From positions 96,001 to 160,000 of the forward strand of contig CAVSGI010000004.1 of the NCBI GenBank assembly GCA_963727445.1: a DNA stretch of 64,000 bases, read 5' to 3'. The stretch comes from an uncultured delta proteobacterium (lineage in GTDB: Bacteria > Myxococcota_A > Polyangia > Polyangiales > B10-G4). The notes beneath the pieces were generated by a model that made no database searches, was not told the origin of the DNA, and was given only the letters and a program-made list of their open reading frames with translations. This document shows, in pieces, positions 57,159-64,000 of this stretch (position 1 is the first letter of the stretch; every line of letters starts with the position of its first letter). A program made the translations under genes and the position numbers.

Positions 57159-58424
57159 GTGTCCGACAAGGAAAACGACCGAGATATCGACGAGGATGCC
57201 CTGGCAGCCCTCGTTCGCCCTTCCGCCGCCCCTGCCGCCGACGAGGCACCGAGCGAGGACGACGACGAAGACGTCCTGGACCTCCGCGCCCTCGCGGCCT
57301 CCATGGCGCCCCCGGAGCCCTCCGGGAGCGACGACGAGGACGACGAAGCCGACGAAGACGACGAGGAAGCGGAGAAGGATTCGGAGGACGCGGAAGAGGC
57401 GGCCGCCGCCGCTCCCGAAAAGAAGAAGGCTGCCGCGGCCGCCGAAGCGAAGCCCAAGAAGAAGTCCTCTACGAAGAAGAAGTCCTCGGGCAACGCGAAG
57501 AAGTCGACCGCGAAGAAGTCGACCGCGACGAAGTCGAAGGCCGAGCCCGAAGAGGAGCGCAGCCGCGCGGCCGCAGCCCCGGTGGCCGAGCCCGCGCAGA
57601 AGAGCAACACGATGCTCTACGCCGTGATCGTCGTGGCCGCGGCCGCGGTGGGTATCGTCTACATGGTGACGAACAATCCGGACACCGAGCCCACCTCGGA
57701 GATCGCGTCGGCGCCGCCGACGTCGGTCGAGGCGGTGGATGATCCCGAGCCGGTCGACACCGTCGAATACACCGAGACCGAGATCGAAGAGGTGGTCGAG
57801 GTCGTGGAGCCCGACCCCGCGGTGGAGGGTGAAGCCGTCGGCGAGGAGACGGCTTCGGCTGTCGAGCCGGCCGTGGCCGCCGCTCGTCGCCCGCGCAGCG
57901 CGGGTGCGGCGCGCACCAGCATGGCGAGCGCCGAGGCAGCGCCGACGATGGAGTCCGCCGCGACGACCATGGCAGCAGCGACCACCACGATGACGTCGAC
58001 CTCCTCGATGGAGAGCGAGCCTGCGACCGGCGGCGCCCTCGACTCGGTGCTCGACATGGCGCTCGGCGGCCGCCCGGCCGCTGGCGGAACGCGCACCGTG
58101 GCCACGATGGAAGCCGAGGCGCCCACGCCGGCCCCTTCGGGCAACCTGCCCGCGACTCCCAGCCGCGGCGACGTCGCCCGCACCCTCGGTCGGCTGATGT
58201 CGCAGATCAGGCAGTGCGCCGGAGAGCAGGTGGGCCTCGCCAACGCCACGATCCTCGTGCGCAGCGACGGCACCCCCGCCAGCGTGTCCATCGGCGGCAA
58301 TCCCTTCGGGGGAACGCCCCAGGGCGCGTGCATGGAGGGCGTGCTTCGCCACGCGCAGTTCCCGCCCTTCCGTCAGAGCACCTTCCGCGTGAACTATCCG
58401 TTCGCGATCCGCGCCACGAACTGA
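57159..58424 (+). CDS. Bitopic protein with AgmX/GltJ-like (TonB-C-like) C-terminal domain
   Basis: Acidic then Lys-rich N-terminus, one TM, low-complexity linker, C-terminal IRQCA..V.SDG...GTPQGACME..AQFPPF..VNYPF. Confidence 0.7.
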   Translation: MSDKENDRDIDEDALAALVRPSAAPAADEAPSEDDDEDVLDLRALAASMAPPEPSGSDDEDDEADEDDEEAEKDSEDAEEAAAAAPEKKKAAAAAEAKPKKKSSTKKKSSGNAKKSTAKKSTATKSKAEPEEERSRAAAAPVAEPAQKSNTMLYAVIVVAAAAVGIVYMVTNNPDTEPTSEIASAPPTSVEAVDDPEPVDTVEYTETEIEEVVEVVEPDPAVEGEAVGEETASAVEPAVAAARRPRSAGAARTSMASAEAAPTMESAATTMAAATTTMTSTSSMESEPATGGALDSVLDMALGGRPAAGGTRTVATMEAEAPTPAPSGNLPATPSRGDVARTLGRLMSQIRQCAGEQVGLANATILVRSDGTPASVSIGGNPFGGTPQGACMEGVLRHAQFPPFRQSTFRVNYPFAIRATN

Positions 58425-58425
58425 C

Positions 58426-59058
58426 GTGAGCCACGAGCCGAAAGGCAGTCGGCGAAGTATCCACGCGGCCCTCGCGGTCGTCTTCTCGGTCGCGGCCTGC
58501 GGCGGCGGAGCGTCGTCGGTGCAGAGCGCCGAGGCGTCGTCGCGTGCGCAGCCGGACGATCAACCAGACGCCCAGGCGATCGCCCAGGTTGGAAAACGGA
58601 TCTACGACGCCATGGTGGCTGGCGATCCGCAGAGGCTCCTCATCGACGACGCGGGGATGCGGCGGCTCGTGACCACGGAAGCCGGGGAGCGCTACGCCGC
58701 GCTGCGCCTGGGCGTCGGGACGCGCCTCGGCGAGATGTCGCCGCTCGCCTTCGAAGGAACCGAGTACCTGGGGGTGTGCCTGCAGGGCGCGCGCCTCGAG
58801 CCCGCGGAGGGCGAGCTGGGGCTCCGGGAGCCGGCCTGGATCTTCGAGCGGGCGCTGGTCGCAGGCCGGATGGCCTCGGGGCGGCGGACCGCCGCCTGGG
58901 TCGAAGGGGTCTTCGTCCGGACCCCCGAGGGCTTCATCGCCCTCGATCTCACCTCCGCCGAAGATCCGCGCTGGGAGCATACCGATCTCGAGATCGCCCC
59001 CTGCGATATGGAGGAGGGGATCCGGGAAGCACAAGATGTAGGTATGGCCACGCAGTGA
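58426..59058 (+). CDS. Hypothetical lipoprotein
   Basis: Lipobox VAAC; 1 bp after upstream stop. Confidence 0.65.
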   Translation: MSHEPKGSRRSIHAALAVVFSVAACGGGASSVQSAEASSRAQPDDQPDAQAIAQVGKRIYDAMVAGDPQRLLIDDAGMRRLVTTEAGERYAALRLGVGTRLGEMSPLAFEGTEYLGVCLQGARLEPAEGELGLREPAWIFERALVAGRMASGRRTAAWVEGVFVRTPEGFIALDLTSAEDPRWEHTDLEIAPCDMEEGIREAQDVGMATQ

Positions 59059-59179
59059 CCACCACCCTGTGGGGCGGATTTGATTGCAGGGTCCAGGGCT
59101 GGGTGGTAGTGCAGCTCAAAGCCCGGGAAGATCGGCGTCAGAGGGCGGCGATCGCCCTGGGTGGAGCGAGAGCGCCCAA

Positions 59180-62100
59180 ATGAAGATCAAGAGGCTCGAA
59201 ATCGTCGGTTTCAAGTCGTTCGTGGACAAGGCCGTGCTGGTCTTCGATCACGACGTGACCGGCATCGTCGGCCCCAACGGCTGCGGCAAGTCGAACATCG
59301 TCGACGCCATCCGCTGGGTCATGGGCGAGCAGAGCGCGCGCCATCTCCGCGGCAAGGCCATGGAGGACGTCATCTTCAACGGCTCGGAGAACCGGGGCCC
59401 CCACGGCTTCGCCGAGGTGACGCTCACCTTCGACAACACCGACGGCCTGACGCCGCCCGAGTACCGCGACTACGCCGAGATCGAGGTCACCCGCCGGCTC
59501 GATCGCAGCGGCCGCAGCGACTACCTGATCAACAGGACGCCCGTGCGCTTGATGGACGTCACCAATCTCTTCCTCGGCACCGGCGTCGGCAAGCGCGCCT
59601 ACTCGATCATCGAGCAGGGACGCATCGGCTACATCGTCTCGTCCAAGCCCGAGGACCGCCGCCACCTGATCGAAGAGGCGGCCGGCATCACCAAGTTCAA
59701 GGCCGCAAGCGGGCCGCCGAGCGCAAGATGGACCAGACGCGCCAGAACCTGCTGCGCGTCGGCGACATCATCGGCGAGATCGAGCGCAGCCTCGCGTCCC
59801 TCAAGCGCCAGGCGCAGAAGGCGGAGCGCTACAAGCGCTACAAGCACGAGATGCGCGACCTCGAGCTCCTCGTCGCCAGTCACCGCTGGCTCGAGCTCAC
59901 GGCGACGCAGAAGGTGATCGGCACCGAGCTCGACGACGCGGCCGCGCGCATGGCCGGGCGACGGGCGGCGCTCACGCTGAAGCGAGGCCGAGCTCGATGC
60001 CGAGCGCGCCGAGCTCGCGGTGATCGAGCGCCGCGTCGATGGCGCGCAGACGCGCTCCTACGAGGTCGACAATCAGGTGCGGCTCCTCGAGAGCCAGATC
60101 GCGCATCACCTCGAGCGCCTCGAGTCGTTGCGCGATGCCGAGCGGAAGATGGAGCGCGAGCTCGGCGAGATGGACGGGCAGCGCGGCGCGTTCCGTCAGG
60201 AGCGCGGGCTGCTCGAGGCGAGCCTGTCGGACCTCGAGTCGAAGGAGCGCGAGGCCGACGCCGTGCTCGAGCGCGAGACCACCGAGCTGGACCGTCGCCG
60301 CGGCGCGGCCGAAGAGGCGGAACGTGCGGTGGGGGCCATCCGGCAGAAGCTGGGCGAGGCCGAGACCCGCATGGCGCGCGCGGAGGCACTTCGTCAGAGC
60401 TTCGAGCGCCCGGCGCGTCCCGATCGGCAGCGGCGAGAGAAGCTCAGCGCCGACAAGGAGGCACTGGCGCGGCTCCTGGTGGAAAAGGAGCAGGAGCTCT
60501 CGGCCCTGGGTGGCCGCCTGAACGGCCTGCGCGGCGGACGCAGCGAGACCAGCGCCAAGAAGGAAGAGATCGAGGCCGAGCTCGCGAAGCTGCGCGACGA
60601 GCGCAAGGAGAGCGACTCGGTCGTCGAGGCCGCGCGCGAAGAGCTGGTGCAGAAGCGCTCGCCGGCTGCGCTCGCTCGAGGAGATCCAGGCAGCGCTTCG
60701 AGGGCGTGGGCGCGGGCGTGCGGGCGCTGATGAAGCACTACGCGGAACGACGACCGCTTCCTCGGCATGCTCGCCGATCGCCTCGAGTGTGCGCCCGAGC
60801 TGACCGAGCGCCCTCGCCGCGGCGCTCGGCGAGCGCCTCAGCTGGGTGGTCGTGAAGAGCGGCGACGCCGGCGCCGAAGCGCTCGCCTTCCTCCGGTCGG
60901 AGGAGCGAGGACGCGCGACGGTGCTCGCGCGCGATGCCATCCGCGACGCTTCCGTGAAGACCGCCCCGAGTGGGGAAGGCGTGCGGGGCGCGCTCGCGGA
61001 CATGGTGCGGCATGCGCCCGACGACGCGACGCTGGTGCGTCACCTGCTGGGCGACGTGGTGGTGGTCGACACCCTGGAGCACGCCCTCGCGCTTCGTGGC
61101 GAGTGTGCCGCCACCCTGGTCACCCTCGCGGGCAGGTGCTGACGGCGGACGGGCAGCGTGACGGGCGGGGCGCGACGAGGCGTCGGCGCGCACATGATCG
61201 AGGTCAAGCGCGAGGTGCGCGAGCTCGCGGTCGTGGTGGCGGGCCTCGAGGAGGAGGTGGAGTCCGCGGTCCGCCGTCATGGCGAGCTGCGCACGAAGCA
61301 TCGCCACCTTCGAGGCGGAGCTCGACTCCGCCCGCACCGAGACGCACGACGCCGAGATCGCGATCGTCATGGCCGACAAGGATCTGCGGCCGTATCGAGA
61401 GCGAGCTCGACCGAAGGACGCCGTCGCGGCGAGGAGATCGAGCGCGAGCTCGGCCAGGTCGAGGCCTCGCTGTCCACCATCGGGGACGAGGAGCAGCTCG
61501 GTCAGAAGGAGATCGAAGCGGCGCGCGTCGCGAAGGCCGAGGCCGAGCAGGAGCTCTCGGCGCAGAGCGAGGTCCTCGAGCAGCGCCGCCAGGCCTCCGA
61601 TGCCCAGTCGACGCGGGTCACCGAGGTCCGCGTCCTCGCGGCGCAGGCGCGCGAGCGGGCCGAGGGCGATCGCGGCGCGATGGAGCGCCTGAACCGCTCG
61701 ATGGAGGAGCTCGACCAGCGCTCCTCGCGCATGGCCGACGACCTCGCCGACGCCGCGCGCCAGCAGGGGCATCTGGTGGCGCAGGTGGTGCTCTGTCGCG
61801 AACAGCTGCACGCGTCGGTGCGCGACGCCATGGACGCGCACGAAGCGCTCGCCGAGGTGAGGGCGTACTTCGACAGGCCCGCCAGGCCCTCGCCGGCAAG
61901 GAAGAGTCGCTCAAGGAGCTCCGCCACGAGATCGAGTCGGGCGTCGGATCAGGTCAGCGGCCTCACGCTGCGCGAGCGCGAGCTCGCGATGGAGCTCGAC
62001 CACCTCCTCGATACGATCGCCGAGCGCCATCGAGTCGACCTCCGCAAGGTGCTCACCGACTTCCACGTCGCGGGAGATCCCCGACGCCTCCATCCGCCAG

Positions 62101-62777
62101 CGCATCGAAGAGCTCATCCGGCTCATCGAGCGCATGGGCGAGATCAACCTCACGGCGATCGAGGAGTACGAGGAGAAGTCGCGAGCGCTACGAGTACCTC
62201 ACCAAGCAGCGCACCGACCTCGAGGACGCGCTTCGCCAGCTCGATCGCGCCATCCGGCAGATGAACCGCGAGAGCCGGCGCCTGTTCAAGGAGGCGTTCC
62301 ACGGGATCAACGAGCGCTTCAAGAAGGTCTTCCCGCACCATGTTCGGCGGCGGAAAGGCCGAGCTGCGGCTCACCGACCCGGACAACCTGCTCGAGACCG
62401 GCGTCGAGATCATCGCCCAGCCGCCCGGCAAGCGGCTGGGCTCCCTCGAGCTGATGAGCGGCGGCGAGAAGGCGTTGACCGCGGTGTCGCTGATCTTCGC
62501 CATCTTCCAGTACAAGCCGAGCCCCTTCTGCCTCCTCGACGAGGTCGACGCGCCGCTCGACGAGGCCAACATCAGCCGCTTCGGCGAGGCGGTGCGGCGG
62601 ATGACCGACCGAAGCCAGTTCATCATCATCACCCACGCCAAGCGCACGATGGAGACGACCGACGTCCTCTACGGCGTCACCATGGAGCAGCCCGGCGTGA
62701 GCAAGCTGGTGAGCGTCGAGCTCCGCGGTGACCATCGCCCACAGGTGGGCGGCCCCTCCGAAATCGCCGTCGCCTGA
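59180..62777 (+). CDS. smc: Chromosome segregation protein SMC (many indels, probably sequencing errors)
   Basis: [36 protein letters not shown]; coiled coil and hinge fragments in alternating frames; [25 protein letters not shown]. Confidence 0.95.
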
Positions 62778-62850
62778 AGAGGCAGCGCCGCCCCGCGGCG
62801 CGGAAGGCTGATCGAAAGGGGCCCGAGAGTCGTATGATTCCATACACTCC

Positions 62851-64000
62851 GTGGCTCAGCTGGCGACATTGGACGAGTTCGAGGTGCTACGGCCGTTGGG
62901 CCATGGCCCCGAGGGCTTTCGCTATCTCGGACGGGATGCCGGGGGGAACGACGTGGAGATTGTTCGCTTGGCGCCCCTCGACGGCCATCGACGCGAAGAG
63001 CTCGAACGGCGCATCGACGCTCTGATCGACGTACGAGCGGCGGGGGCGCGTCGGATTATCGTCGCCTCGTTGGACTCGTCGGTTCCCTACGTCGTCCTCG
63101 AGCGCGTGCGCCCGCTCGCGGAGGTCGGCTACGATCGGGAGGCGGCCACCGAGATCATCGGGACCCTGGCTCTCGCCCTCGCCGAGGCGCATCGCCTCGG
63201 CATCGTTCACGGCCTCATCGATCGCGAGCGAGCCGGCATCGGGCCCGACGAGCAGCCGCGCCTGGACTTCTCGGGCCTGGTGGTCACCGAACGCACGGGG
63301 CACACCTCGCCGCCCCCGGAGCTGGCGCGCGAAGGAATCGCGACCACGGCCGGTGACGTGTGGTCGCTGGGCGTTCTCTACGAGTCGCTCCTCGCCGCTC
63401 AAACGCGGCCTGCGGGCGGCGTCGACGCGACCGAGGCAGACCCCGACCGAAGGCTCCGCGAGCTTGTCGACGCGATGAAGGCCGTCGACCCGGACCGCCG
63501 GCCCAGCGCCGACGAGGTCGCCGACCGGCTCCTCGAAGCCGCGGTGATGACCGACGAGACGGTGGCGACACGGCGCGCGCGTCGCCCGCGCGACAAACGC
63601 ACCATCGACGTCGACACTGGTACCAAGCTCGGCCGCTTCGAGCTCCTCGCGCCCATCGGTGAAGGAGGGATGGGTCGTGTCTTCCGAGGCCGCGACGCTG
63701 CCAGCGGCGAGGAGGTGGCGATCAAGGTGCTGTCTCCACGCCGTCACGTGGACGAGCTCGCGGTGCGGCGCTTCCGCCGCGAGGCGCGGCTCTTGTCGCG
63801 GATCGACTCCCCGGCCATCGCACGATTCGTCGAGGCCAACGAAGACGGAGGCGTGCTCTACCTCGCGATGGAGCTGGTGGAGGGCGACTCGCTCAAGGAC
63901 GTCATGGCCAAGGGCCTGTTGCCCGTGCCGCGCGCGCTCGACATCGGCATCGAGGTCTGTCGCGCGCTGGCGGACATCCACGACCTCGGCGTCGTACATC
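62851..64000 (+). CDS. Ser/Thr protein kinase with N-terminal pseudokinase domain (partial, runs off window)
   Basis: Open frame from GTG 62851, absent from the track because it has no stop. Degenerate domain: LGHGPEG, HGLIDRE, DFSG, PPE, DVWSLG, DPDRRPS. Second domain: IGEGGMGRVF, VAIK, FRREAR, LAMELVEG, GVVH. Confidence 0.85.
   Translation, partial: MAQLATLDEFEVLRPLGHGPEGFRYLGRDAGGNDVEIVRLAPLDGHRREELERRIDALIDVRAAGARRIIVASLDSSVPYVVLERVRPLAEVGYDREAATEIIGTLALALAEAHRLGIVHGLIDRERAGIGPDEQPRLDFSGLVVTERTGHTSPPPELAREGIATTAGDVWSLGVLYESLLAAQTRPAGGVDATEADPDRRLRELVDAMKAVDPDRRPSADEVADRLLEAAVMTDETVATRRARRPRDKRTIDVDTGTKLGRFELLAPIGEGGMGRVFRGRDAASGEEVAIKVLSPRRHVDELAVRRFRREARLLSRIDSPAIARFVEANEDGGVLYLAMELVEGDSLKDVMAKGLLPVPRALDIGIEVCRALADIHDLGVVH

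Noticed and set aside
59180..62777. smc as a pseudogene or programmed-frameshift gene
   Set aside because: Many scattered 1-nt indels (about 59703, 59981, 60660-60690 and further on) while all catalytic motifs remain intact; typical of low-coverage long-read error.
62785..62801. Intrinsic terminator after smc (GCGCCGC-CCC-GCGGCGC)
   Set aside because: The stem has no U-tract and is easily produced by chance at this GC content.
62887..63999. 370-aa minus-strand ORF at the window end
   Set aside because: Antisense shadow of the plus-strand kinase, which has clear motifs.
1..64000. tRNA, rRNA, IS/transposase, integrase, prophage or defence genes
   Set aside because: No recognisable motifs; intergenic gaps are short and mostly explained by promoters. 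A covariance-model search would be needed to exclude small RNAs.

Overview
High-GC bacterial chromosome segment. Gene content (many Cys-rich lipoproteins with Asp/Ala/Gly linkers, a giant TPR protein, an AgmX/GltJ-like C-terminus, Ser/Thr kinases, sigma54 activators) points to Myxococcota, probably Polyangiales/Sandaracinaceae-like; this is inferred. Positions 1-13.0 kb hold a stress island: the end of a CheR/CheB-type PAS gene, a multi-PAS hybrid kinase, a CsbD-like protein, an NtrC-family activator, a CBS protein, an APC-2xUSP transporter, a P-type ATPase, a lipase, a GlsB/YeaQ protein and an LEA-like 11-mer protein, with two sigma54-type -24/-12 motifs. Positions 13-25.5 kb hold secreted lipoproteins (one a C-type lectin), GST, UPF0262, ArsC/Spx-like, SDR, a PGM1-like ATP-grasp ligase and a FadL-like porin. 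Positions 25.7-33.4 kb hold a prephenate dehydratase fused to an apparently dead DAHP synthase, an sqr / DUF1641::TusE / DsrE sulfur module, and pspA followed by a degenerate cyclase-STAND protein. Positions 33.5-64 kb hold CBM9-like, epimerase, TPR proteins, two tandem M43-like metalloproteases, MarR, a ~2580-aa TPR protein, a MopE-motif lipoprotein, a (GT)n-repeat protein, glpK, UPF0158, SurA-like, AgmX-like, smc and a pseudokinase-kinase running off the end. Several frameshifts look like long-read errors; four can be fixed by removing one base from GAATC/GATTC to give GATC. No rRNA, tRNA, CRISPR or transposase was recognised. All family calls come from reading motifs by eye; no database searches were run.
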